From the NCBI GenBank assembly GCA_018334555.1, contig JAGXLR010000001.1:269-64268 (forward strand): a stretch of DNA of 64,000 nucleotides. The letters are read 5' to 3'. Every line of letters starts with the position of its first letter. Positions within the stretch are counted from its first letter, which is position 1. The DNA comes from Desulfobacterales bacterium (GTDB lineage: Bacteria; Desulfobacterota; Desulfobacteria; Desulfobacterales; Desulfosalsimonadaceae). Positions 9,074 to 17,717 of this stretch are shown piece after piece. The notes beneath the pieces are model-generated. The model did not search any database and was not told the origin of the DNA. It saw nothing but the letters and a program-made list of their open reading frames with translations. A program made the position numbers and the translations under genes.

Positions 9074-9970
9074 TTATTTTTCCGCACAGTTGGGCGCCAT
9101 CACGACGATAACGCGGCATTTTTTCAAAAATGCCAGGTGCTCAACCGATCCCCTCAACCGGGCGGCGGCGGTACCACTGATGACGATATTGGACGCCCCC
9201 GGCGGATGCACTTTGATCCCCTTGACCACGAGCGGATTGCCGCCGACCCGCTCACTGTCTTCAATATCCGACATACCTGAGACATAATCACACATGCCAA
9301 AGGCCACCACATTCTCCCGGCTGGCATAGGCCGGCCCATAGACCTCCATACCGTCTTCATCGAGCACTTTAAAACACATGGCCGGCGTAACCGCCAACCC
9401 CCTCGCATCCAGAACCAGACCCGTATATTCCGAGGCATCCGTCGTCGTTTCCGACTGGTCGTATTCGATTTTCTCGAGCCGGGTGATGGTATCCGGGAGC
9501 ACCATCCGCGCAAAGTCTCCGGTCAAGGAAAACTCAAGGGTGATTTCCACAGGACCGGTGGACAAAAATTCGGTCTGAACCACTTCAGCGTGCTTCAATA
9601 AATTCTCGAATTCAGCCAAAAGCCTGTCATCCGTGCCCAAAAAATCAGCCACCGACCCTGTGGGGGTCAGCTGAAGGGATTTGGCCGCGCCTAAAAGACG
9701 GCGATAGGCCTTCTGCCGGGCCTTCGCCATTGCATGAAACGGGGCGTGATGGTTGTCTCCAAAACCGGGAGCTTCGCCGCTTCCCACCGCCCGGAGGGTT
9801 TGTCGGGTCCAGTTTATCCAGGCCTTTTTCTGGTTTGCCCCCGACGGTGTCGTCTGCAAACTATTCGGGCCCTTATGCGGAACAGAGATAACATCCTGTG
9901 CATTTGGTGTGCCTGTTACCGTGAGGAGAAGGACCAAGAAAGCCCCCCATATGATGCCCCACTGCTTCAT
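9074..9970 (-). CDS. Exported protein of unknown function (possible LPP20-like N-terminal domain)
   Basis: The ORF is 9074-9985. The preferred start is the ATG at 9970 after GGAG. It has a signal peptide, WGIIWGAFLVLLLTVTGTPNAQD. The block AVGSGEA...AMAKARQKAYRRLL resembles LPP20-type lipoprotein domains, but this is only a weak recollection. Confidence 0.55.
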   Translation of the reverse strand: MKQWGIIWGAFLVLLLTVTGTPNAQDVISVPHKGPNSLQTTPSGANQKKAWINWTRQTLRAVGSGEAPGFGDNHHAPFHAMAKARQKAYRRLLGAAKSLQLTPTGSVADFLGTDDRLLAEFENLLKHAEVVQTEFLSTGPVEITLEFSLTGDFARMVLPDTITRLEKIEYDQSETTTDASEYTGLVLDARGLAVTPAMCFKVLDEDGMEVYGPAYASRENVVAFGMCDYVSGMSDIEDSERVGGNPLVVKGIKVHPPGASNIVISGTAAARLRGSVEHLAFLKKCRVIVVMAPNCAEK

Positions 9971-10033
9971 ATATTCTCCATTCATGGCCTATCCGGATGC
10001 CCTTCGATGGCACTGAGGCGCTTCATCCAGTTT

Positions 10034-10095
10034 TGATGGCTTCGTAAAATACCTTACACCCGATGCCCTATTGCGTTAAGTGGCTTACGCCTCGT
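10034..10095. repeat. Dispersed repeat family B, diverged partial copy
   Basis: TGATGGCTTCGTAAAA is identical to the left end of the copies at 8948 and 61215. The remainder is only loosely similar. Confidence 0.4.
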
Positions 10096-10099
10096 CGCA

Positions 10100-10912
10100 T
10101 TAAGGCCCAACAGCCGCCCCATAATCGGATGAAACGACCCATTCGGCATATTGATATACCCTGTCGAAAGCCTCCTCGATTTCCCGGGTCTGCGGGAGAA
10201 AAGCGTAGAGTCGCTCGATATAGCCTTTTTCCATCATGGCTTCCATCGTCGGAACGAAATTTAGATCATAAACCCAGCTGATTTGAAGCAGTTTAAAATC
10301 ATTCAAAGTTTTTAAATCCGGCATTTGAACGATTTTACGTTCACAGACGGCCTTCAGGGCCAAGTCAGAATAGTGGTTATTATCCGAAAGTCCAAGTGAT
10401 ACGCTATCAGTAGAGGATTTTGTCTGGAGTTCACAGTATTCACCGAACACCTTCCAGATGTCCAGCTTATCCGCATCCCGAAGCAGCTGCATGAAAAAAC
10501 GTTCCCGGCCCTTGACATGATCGGGAATTTTAAGCGCGTTGTGGTATTCAATGGCCCTCAAAACGAGTTCGATCTCGTCTTGGGCAAGGCCGTCCAGAAG
10601 TGAATGGGTCTTGATCTCGGAGACGCTTAAAGCGGCATGATTTTCCGAGTCCGCATCTTTAAATGTTTGATAAACCTGGTACTGTTTAAAACGCCCGATG
10701 TCATGGAACAAAGCCATAACCTCGGCAAGCACCGCCTCGTGTTCGGAAATTTTTAATTTATTCGCCAGCATTCGGGCGTTGCGGCATACCCGGCGGGTAT
10801 GGTCCCGTTTCAGCTGGATGGGCTGATTATCCTTGTCGCTATCCGAATAGAAATCATCCACATAATCAAAGAACCGTTTTTTTAACTCATCAAGCAAAAT
10901 TATCCCCGTCAT
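10100..10912 (-). CDS. HD-domain metal-dependent phosphohydrolase
   Basis: 270 aa with the H...HD signature (LFHDIGRF) and a downstream DADKLD block. Its start overlaps the mobB stop by 4 nt, which suggests an operon. Confidence 0.75.
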   Translation of the reverse strand: MTGIILLDELKKRFFDYVDDFYSDSDKDNQPIQLKRDHTRRVCRNARMLANKLKISEHEAVLAEVMALFHDIGRFKQYQVYQTFKDADSENHAALSVSEIKTHSLLDGLAQDEIELVLRAIEYHNALKIPDHVKGRERFFMQLLRDADKLDIWKVFGEYCELQTKSSTDSVSLGLSDNNHYSDLALKAVCERKIVQMPDLKTLNDFKLLQISWVYDLNFVPTMEAMMEKGYIERLYAFLPQTREIEEAFDRVYQYAEWVVSSDYGAAVGP

Positions 10913-11415
10913 CCCTCCAAAACTGCTTCTTCAATCATATCCGCGAGCCCGGCGACCTGTTCGAAACCAAAACGCCTGACCGACCCGGAGATATCCGCGT
11001 CCGTTACGACAGCGATAACCGAGCCAACGCTTTGATACAGGGGCGGCGCATTGGTATCCGCGCGATAGACCTCGATCTTCGGAAAATGCCCTGTCTTAAA
11101 CCCTTCGGCGATAACCAGATCGACATCGTCAAAATATTTTGCCAGCTCTTCAAGGCCGGCTGAGGATTCGGCCTGTGGCGGCTGACGGCGTTTGATCATA
11201 GCAAGTAGGGCGTCCGCATAGATCACGGCGGTGTCCGCCCCCGCCTCATAATGGCGCCGGCTATCCTTGCCTTCTTTGTCAACCTCCGGAAAATGGTGCG
11301 AATGCTTGACGGTACCGATGCGATAGCCCCGGCGCCTGAGCTCCGGGACCAGATTCTCGATAAGCGTCGTCTTACCGGAACCCGAATAGCCGATAACGGC
11401 AATCAATCGATTCAT
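10909..11415 (-). CDS. mobB: Molybdopterin-guanine dinucleotide biosynthesis adapter protein MobB
   Basis: 168 aa with a Walker A motif (GYSGSGKTT) followed by IGTVKHSHH, typical of MobB. Confidence 0.85.
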   Translation of the reverse strand: MNRLIAVIGYSGSGKTTLIENLVPELRRRGYRIGTVKHSHHFPEVDKEGKDSRRHYEAGADTAVIYADALLAMIKRRQPPQAESSAGLEELAKYFDDVDLVIAEGFKTGHFPKIEVYRADTNAPPLYQSVGSVIAVVTDADISGSVRRFGFEQVAGLADMIEEAVLEG

Positions 11416-11604
11416 GAAATCTTATCATCCTCAGACCCGAATGCGCCAATTATTTCTGCTTTTAAAAAATAAATCAAATGGTACCATAAATCCAGCATAA
11501 ACAGCTTGTCAAGGTAAATAGCAGTCTCCATAACCGACCGGACATTTCATTTGCTATGAACACCGGATATTTTTAGCTGCTATTGACACCGTATTTATCC
11601 ATCC

Positions 11605-11633
11605 TTGACTTCACTACCGATATCAATTATCAA
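11605..11633 (+). promoter_or_regulatory. Candidate sigma70-type promoter for the MltF-like gene
   Basis: TTGACT (11605-11610), a 17-nt spacer, then TATCAA (11628-11633), about 60 nt upstream of the ATG at 11695. Confidence 0.25.
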
Positions 11634-11694
11634 TGACCCGATTAATTTAATGAGCGAACAGGCGAGCCTTTCCATTAACATGTCCGTGAAAATA

Positions 11695-13095
11695 ATGAAT
11701 GTCCGAACTTTGGCCCGTTTGGGCATACTTCTGTCCTTAATTGCCCTTATCGGGTGTCCGGCCGGCGACACGTCATTGTCCCGTATCCTTGACCGCAACG
11801 AGATTACCGTTATCACTGACAACAGCGCCCATGGTTACTACATTTACCAGGAACAGGCGATGGGGTTTGAATACGATCTGGCAAAGGCATTCGCTGATTA
11901 TTTGGGGGTCGATCTCAGGGTGATCACGCCCGGGTGGGATAATATGCTCCCCGCCTTAAAATCCGATCAGGGCGACTTCATTGCCTCCGGCCTCACCCGG
12001 ACGTCGAGGCGCGAGTCTCAGGTGGACTTTTCCACCGGCTATATGACGGTTCAGCAACAGGTGGTGGTGCGCAAAGGCAATCGGCGTATTGATGGCATCC
12101 AGGATTTAAACGGCCAAACCGTCCACATCCGAAGCCATACCTCATATAACGAACGCTTGCTGCATTTGAAAGACCGGGGCGTTGAATTAAAAATACGGCT
12201 CCATGACAATATCCCCACCGAAGAATTTTTAAGGCAGATTCAGGAAGGGGAGATCCCACTAACCGTTGCGGATTCAAATATTATACGGCTTAACCGCCGG
12301 TACTATCCGGATATCGTCTCGGCATTCCCGATCTCAGAAAAACAGGAGCTCGGATGGGCGGTCAAAACCGGAGACCAGGCGTTACTTAAAAAGATTAACG
12401 AGTTTTTCCGCCATATCAAAAAAACCGGCGCCTATGCCAAAATATACAACCGCTATTATGCAGGCACAGAAATTTTTGACTACGTGGACATAAAAAAATT
12501 CCATCACCGGCTAAATACCCGGCTGCCAAAATATGAGGCCACCATCCGGGAGACGTCGAAAAAATACAATTTCGATTGGCGCATGATCGCCGCATTGATT
12601 TACCAGGAATCGCATTTTGACCCCCGGGCAAAAAGTTATACCGGCGCTACGGGTTTAATGCAGTTGACCCGTATAACCGCGGATGAGATGGGAGTAAAAG
12701 ACCGGCTTGACCCTGTTGCCAATATCAAAGGCGGCACCCGATATCTCAACCGCCTTTTTCAGAGGTTTGATGAAGTCGGGGGCCGGGATCGAATCAAATT
12801 CGCGCTGGCGAGCTATAACGTCGGCTATGGTCATGTCAGGGATGCGCAAATGATTTCAAAGGATCAGAATCTGGATCCCAATGCCTGGAAGAGCATGAAA
12901 AAGGCGCTTCCGATGCTTAGATATCCGAAGTACTATCAGCGGACAAAATACGGATATGCCCGCGGCACGGAACCGGTCCGCTATGTCAAACGGATCTACA
13001 AATACTATGATATCCTGAGGATGAAGACCGGCGTGGCGGCCGCCGATTTACCGCCATATCCGCCCCAGTCGCCGCCAAGGCCGGAATATAATTAA
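11695..13095 (+). CDS. mltF: Membrane-bound lytic murein transglycosylase F-like protein (solute-binding family 3 domain + SLT domain)
   Basis: The preferred start is the ATG at 11695, giving a lipoprotein-type signal (LSLIALIGC). The N-terminal part resembles a periplasmic binding domain. The C-terminal part carries the SLT motif ALIYQESHFDPRAKSYTGATGLMQL. Confidence 0.8.
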   Translation: MNVRTLARLGILLSLIALIGCPAGDTSLSRILDRNEITVITDNSAHGYYIYQEQAMGFEYDLAKAFADYLGVDLRVITPGWDNMLPALKSDQGDFIASGLTRTSRRESQVDFSTGYMTVQQQVVVRKGNRRIDGIQDLNGQTVHIRSHTSYNERLLHLKDRGVELKIRLHDNIPTEEFLRQIQEGEIPLTVADSNIIRLNRRYYPDIVSAFPISEKQELGWAVKTGDQALLKKINEFFRHIKKTGAYAKIYNRYYAGTEIFDYVDIKKFHHRLNTRLPKYEATIRETSKKYNFDWRMIAALIYQESHFDPRAKSYTGATGLMQLTRITADEMGVKDRLDPVANIKGGTRYLNRLFQRFDEVGGRDRIKFALASYNVGYGHVRDAQMISKDQNLDPNAWKSMKKALPMLRYPKYYQRTKYGYARGTEPVRYVKRIYKYYDILRMKTGVAAADLPPYPPQSPPRPEYN

Positions 13096-13305
13096 ACCTA
13101 AATTGAGCGTTTCTATTTTTTGAAGGTTTAATTTTTATTTTATTTTCAGGATATTGAATCATTTTTTAATCAAAAAATTTGAAACCCTCCGGGATTTCCA
13201 ATTTCACCGCATCTACTGCGTCAAATGATGTCTCGCATAGACAACTATCGCTCGTCATCATTTTCCTTGTATCTGCGGTAAACTTAAAAATCGCTCAATT
13301 TAGGT
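13096..13305 (+). mobile_element. MITE-like element, copy 1 (about 210 bp, 14-bp perfect terminal inverted repeats, flanked by TAA direct repeats)
   Basis: Left end ACCTAAATTGAGCG and right end CGCTCAATTTAGGT are exact reverse complements. TAA lies on both flanks (13093-13095 and 13306-13308). It aligns end to end with 15904-16114. It has no coding capacity. Confidence 0.75.
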
Positions 13306-13311
13306 TAAATT

Positions 13312-14466
13312 ATGGTAATATTAAGGAACAGATACAAAACGGCAACGGCCCTTTTGGCGCTTGGGACGATACTTTTGTGCGGCGCCGCCGTGTTTTTAAT
13401 CCACTGCCGTTTATCGTCTTCAAAAAAAGCTGCGGCACTTTCCTCCGCCCATAAAACGGGCACGGAGGCGAGCGCTCCCCCCATAAAAAAAACGGCCGAT
13501 GGCTGTTGGGAAAGCAGACAAAAAATCTATTTTAACATCCCCGCCCATATCCTTATAACGTCTCCGGATGTGAGCGAAAAGCTCGCGCATAGGGCCATCT
13601 ACAGGGCATGGGCGGAATTCGAACGTCTGGGCCGGATTTTTAATCCGTTTGACCCGGCGGCGGAGGTCGCCAGAATCAATCGAAACAGCGGCGGCGGCGG
13701 GGTGCCTGTTTCAGCCGACCTTTATAGGGCGCTTAAAATTTCCCGAAACCTCTGGGATAAGAGCAACGGATGCTTTGATCCCACTTTTCTCCCGATCAAA
13801 CGGCTCTGGCACCATGCCGAGGAAATACAGGAGATCCCCTCTGAGCGTAAAATTCTTAAAACCCTTCGTCATACAGGATTTGAAAACGTGGGGATCGAAT
13901 CCGAAAAAAGAAATCGGGTCCGAATCGAGAATCCGCCGATCCGTTTCGATTTCGGCGGCATCGCCAAAGGCTATGCGGTCGATCAGGTACGGCAGCTATT
14001 GAAAAAAAACGGCATATCGGACGGTCTCGTCCAATTGGGCGGAGAGGTCGCGGCATTCGGCCGCAATAGGGGCTCCCCGTGGCGGATCGGCATCGAGCAT
14101 CCCAAAAAAAATATGGTACAGCCCTGGGGGGTTATAAGCCGCAACGGCCAAATCCGGGTTTCCACCAGCGGCAACTACCGGCAGCCCCTACGAATTCAGG
14201 GGCAAACCTTTTATCACATTTTCAGCCCCGAGACCGGCAAACCGGTTTCAGAAAAAGTCTTAGGCGTAACCACCCTCAGCGTCACCGGAACCCGCTCAAA
14301 CGCCCTGCTTGACGGCGCGGCCACGGCCATCACCGTTATGGGCGCACGAAACGGCGTAGAATTTGCCGATAAAATGGGCATCGAGGCCTTAATCCTGACC
14401 CGGGGCCATGACCAGACGATCAGGGAAACCATGACCCCGGGATTTCCGGATTTTCCCGGGCGGTAA
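13312..14466 (+). CDS. apbE: FAD:protein FMN transferase (ApbE family), membrane-anchored/exported
   Basis: 384 aa with an N-terminal hydrophobic anchor (ALLALGTILLCGAAVFLI). ApbE-type blocks are present (FDPT, GGIAKGYAVD, VSTSGNY, HIFSP.TG). Confidence 0.85.
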   Translation: MVILRNRYKTATALLALGTILLCGAAVFLIHCRLSSSKKAAALSSAHKTGTEASAPPIKKTADGCWESRQKIYFNIPAHILITSPDVSEKLAHRAIYRAWAEFERLGRIFNPFDPAAEVARINRNSGGGGVPVSADLYRALKISRNLWDKSNGCFDPTFLPIKRLWHHAEEIQEIPSERKILKTLRHTGFENVGIESEKRNRVRIENPPIRFDFGGIAKGYAVDQVRQLLKKNGISDGLVQLGGEVAAFGRNRGSPWRIGIEHPKKNMVQPWGVISRNGQIRVSTSGNYRQPLRIQGQTFYHIFSPETGKPVSEKVLGVTTLSVTGTRSNALLDGAATAITVMGARNGVEFADKMGIEALILTRGHDQTIRETMTPGFPDFPGR

Positions 14467-14491
14467 CGGGAAGCCGTCAAGCCGTAATAGG

Positions 14492-15874
14492 CTATTCGAC
14501 ATATATTTCCACGGCGCCATAGCGAAGTTTTTCCGTATTGAAATCCAAGTCGCCGTTTACAACCGTATCGACCCCGAAATAGACCGTATATTTGCCGGGC
14601 GGCAGGGGGGTTTCCAGCACGGTAAACTCTCCCAGGCTGAACAAAGGGCCTTGATAGCTGGTTGTATCAGGTCCACCCACCCATGCGTCCTCTGTTAGCT
14701 GATAATGAAACCACCCATATGGGGTATCGGCCAACAGCCACCAATCAGCCTCAATGTTGGCAAAGCTCCCGGGGAATAATTCGACCGATAGGGAAACATT
14801 GTCGGTTGACGCTGCGGTTATAGGCCCATCCGATCCATTGGCCTTTATACCGGGAACAATTTCTGAATCACAGACATCGCCGACACCATCGCCGTCGCTG
14901 TCAACCTTGTCCGGATCATCGACCGCTTGCATCCTGACGGTGACGCTCTGAGAATCCGTCTTTTGTTCGTTGTCTTCGACTGTCAACCGGATATCCACGC
15001 TACCCTCGGCATTCGGTGCGACAAACGTCAATGTGTCCCCGGTCTCGGCACTCACTGTGGACTCGATGACATCGGTGATGGCCGTCAAACCCCCAAACAC
15101 GGTCCAGGAATACGAGGCAATGCCGCCGTCCTCATCATGGGATGCCGAACCATCGATGGTTACACAGTCTCCGCCATTGACGCTTTGATAGTCATTGTCA
15201 ACTACGGCATGGGGGGCAATATTTGTGGAATTGATGCAGATTTCCACAATGTCGGTATCCTGATCATTCTCCGCGTCCGTAACCGTCAATTCGAACGTCA
15301 AACAAGAACTTTCCCCCATAACGTTAGGGGCGGTAAATGTCGCAGTTTCCGTATTGGCACCGGAAAGTGTGACTTCCGGCGATCCGTCAGTCTGTTGCCA
15401 CGCATAGGCCAGCGGCCGGCCCAACGGGTCGGCAGAGCCCAAGCCGTCAAGGCTGACTTGCCGGCCTTCTTCATAATCTTTATTCGAACCGGCATCCGCT
15501 TCCGGAGGTTGAGCCTTTAATTCGGCTTCACTGATAAAATACGCATCAACGGATTTATTGGTATTTAAAGTGATGGTCGTCGAGCCGGTACTGCCAGATA
15601 AATCCCCCTCCCATCGGTCGAATTGATAACCCTCGTCGGGCTTGGCTTCTATACTAAGCTCAGCGTCTTTCTCGTAAGTTTGACTGTCTGCCTGTACTAC
15701 CCCACCTACCCAGATTTCGCCTTCCCCCGCTTTGACGGACACGGTCAAAGTTTTTTTGCTGCACGCGGCTCAGCCAGCAGCACTTTTGGGAATCATGGAA
15801 AAAAACAGGATTAACGCAATGCCTGCCGCCAGTCCAAAACGGAAAAAAATTTGAAAACATGCGCCCTTTGCCAT
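14492..15874 (-). CDS. Exported InlB-B-repeat/PKD-like repeat protein with thrombospondin-type Ca-binding motif; reading frame contains one in-frame TGA (15770-15772) directly after the signal peptide
   Basis: The listed ORF 14492-15748 continues upstream in the same frame to the ATG at 15874, which sits 7 nt after GGAGGAGG. That extension encodes the signal peptide MAKGACFQIFFRFGLAAGIALILFFSMIPKSAAG, then TGA, then AACSKK. The body has GYQFDRWEGD (InlB B-repeat-like), repeated PKD-like modules and DSDGDGVGDVCD. Confidence 0.6.
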
Positions 15875-15903
15875 AACAACCGCCTCCTCCTTGGTTTGGT
15901 TAA

Positions 15904-16114
15904 ACCTAAATTGAGCGTTTCAATTTTTTGAAGATTTAATTTCTATTTTATTTTTAGGATATTGGATCATTTTTTAAATCAAAAAATTTGAAACCCTCCG
16001 GGATTTCCAATTTCACCGCATCTACTGCGTCAAATGATGCCTCGCATAGGCGCCTATAGCTCGACATCATTTTCCTTGTATCTGCGGCAAACTTGAAAAT
16101 CGCTCAATTTAGGT
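15904..16114 (+). mobile_element. MITE-like element, copy 2 (same orientation as copy 1)
   Basis: It has the same 14-bp terminal inverted repeats and TAA flanks (15901-15903 and 15115-15117 equivalent at 16115-16117). By eye it differs from copy 1 by roughly a dozen-plus substitutions and one 1-nt indel. Confidence 0.75.
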
Positions 16115-16230
16115 TAAAAAAAGCCAGATTATCCTAATGGACAGTGTTTCGCTTTGTCAATCAGAAAGGCAATTTCGGGATATTACTCAAAAAACGGTAA
16201 GTTATGGGATATCACCCAAAAAAATGGCGG

Positions 16231-17088
16231 CTAGAAAAAGGCGGATAAATTGGACAGGTTCATTTCTAAAGACAGGGCCCGGCGATCAATTCCCATGGCA
16301 AGTCCCAGAAACTGGGGAAGATAGAGGATGGGGAGATGCAGATCCCTATGCGCGGACCGAGAAATCCGGCCCTGATAGCCTTCAAGGTTCACCTGGCACA
16401 TGGGGCAAACGGTGACGATGGCGTCCGCCCCCCGGGCGCCCGAAAGGATTGCCGCGACCATCTTTTGGGCGACCTCCGGTTTGATATTCATCAATGAGGC
16501 GCCGCAGCATTTGGTGGCCATATGCCAACCATGAACCCCGGCACCGGTCGCCAGAATCAATGGCTCCATGGAAGTGGGGGCCTCCGGATCGTCAAAGACC
16601 ACATAGGGACGCAGGCACTGACAGCCGTAATAGGGCGCGACCAGATAGCGGGCCATTGTCGTGTGGATATGCTCAGCTAACCCCATGGCGCCGATATCGT
16701 TTGACAGGACATCCAGCAGATGCCGGACCCGTTTTTGCCCCTGCAGTTTGAGGCCTTCGGGTTCGAGCACTTGATTGACCCTTGCCAGCAGGTCGGGATC
16801 CTTGCGCGTTTCCTCGGCGGCCCGCCTCAAGTTGAGATAACAGGCGCTGCACGGAACCAGGATGTCCCCGATCGACGTCCCCATGGACTCGGCAATGGCC
16901 AGGCTCCTTGCCGGCAGGGCGATGGACAACAGCTCGCTCTGCGCCTCGGCCGCAGACGCGCCGCAGCAGGTCCAGCCATCGATTTCCACCAGCTCAATAC
17001 CCAAAACATCAAAAAGCGCACGCGTGGAGATGTCGTATTCCATGGCTGTCCCCTCAAGCGAGCATCCCGGATAATACAAATATTTCAT
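16231..17088 (-). CDS. hdrB: Heterodisulfide reductase subunit B-like protein (two CCG domains)
   Basis: 285 aa with two CCG motifs (GWTCCGASA and TKCCGASL) and conserved Cys spacing (YYGCQC, VCPMCQ). Its start overlaps the hdrC-like stop by 4 nt. Confidence 0.8.
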   Translation of the reverse strand: MKYLYYPGCSLEGTAMEYDISTRALFDVLGIELVEIDGWTCCGASAAEAQSELLSIALPARSLAIAESMGTSIGDILVPCSACYLNLRRAAEETRKDPDLLARVNQVLEPEGLKLQGQKRVRHLLDVLSNDIGAMGLAEHIHTTMARYLVAPYYGCQCLRPYVVFDDPEAPTSMEPLILATGAGVHGWHMATKCCGASLMNIKPEVAQKMVAAILSGARGADAIVTVCPMCQVNLEGYQGRISRSAHRDLHLPILYLPQFLGLAMGIDRRALSLEMNLSNLSAFF

Positions 17089-17717
17089 TGCTGATTCTCC
17101 AGTTTCTCCACGCGCTGAAAAAATTGGTCAAGCGGGTATTCGGGTTTGCGCTTGTTCGGCAGCATAGAAATTTTTTTCTTCCGAAGCAGGCGGATGCCCA
17201 AGGGCGTAAATTTGATCGGAATCGCCGGATTTTTCATTAGGATAAAGTACCGACGCATGAACTCGACCTCGTTGATCCGGCCGTGACGGCGGACGCTGTC
17301 CAGAAAGCTTCCATAGAACCGGGCATTCGGCCGGTATCCGGCGACATCCTTTTTGGCACCCAACTGCTTCAGAAGGTTCATGGCGTCAGTCAACGGCAGG
17401 CCCCGCGGGCATCTCAGGGTACAATAATAGCAGGCCGAGCATAGGGCGAAGGTTTTGCTATGAAATATTTCCTCGGTCTGCCCCATGAGCACGAGCCGCC
17501 AAAGCCTGCGGGGCGTAAAATCCATTAAGTGGGCGTTTCTGCAGGAGGCGGTACAGGTACCGCACTGGATGCATGCGCAGAGTTTCTCCTGAAGCGGTCC
17601 CAGAAGGTCCTCCGCCTTTTCCTCAGGGTAAACGGTAGGGCTGCCTGTCGCAGATAACATGATACGCGTTGCTCCTTCTATACAAATCTCCGGCTCACAC
17701 GGGCCCCATTGCGGCAT
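17085..17717 (-). CDS. hdrC: Heterodisulfide reductase subunit C-like 4Fe-4S protein (start 17717 or, more likely, ATG 17660 after AAGGAG)
   Basis: Has two ferredoxin-type Cys clusters (CIQCGTCTASC and CSACYYCTLRCP) and the length typical of HdrC. Confidence 0.8.
   Translation of the reverse strand: MPQWGPCEPEICIEGATRIMLSATGSPTVYPEEKAEDLLGPLQEKLCACIQCGTCTASCRNAHLMDFTPRRLWRLVLMGQTEEIFHSKTFALCSACYYCTLRCPRGLPLTDAMNLLKQLGAKKDVAGYRPNARFYGSFLDSVRRHGRINEVEFMRRYFILMKNPAIPIKFTPLGIRLLRKKKISMLPNKRKPEYPLDQFFQRVEKLENQQ

Noticed and set aside
13179-13454. 91-aa ORF spanning MITE copy 1 into apbE
   Set aside because: It starts inside the repeat and runs out of frame into apbE. The equivalent region of copy 2 does not preserve the ORF, so it is considered spurious.
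14492-15748. The exported PKD protein as an ApbE flavinylation substrate
   Set aside because: I looked for the Dxx(S/T)GAT flavinylation motif. Only near-misses were found (for example TLSGANT), so there is no support for the idea.
13096-16114. Composite transposon formed by the two MITE copies
   Set aside because: No transposase or any IS-like gene lies between or next to the copies. The copies are in direct orientation, and each has its own TAA flanks. Two independent insertions of a non-autonomous element seem more likely, although movement of the segment cannot be excluded.
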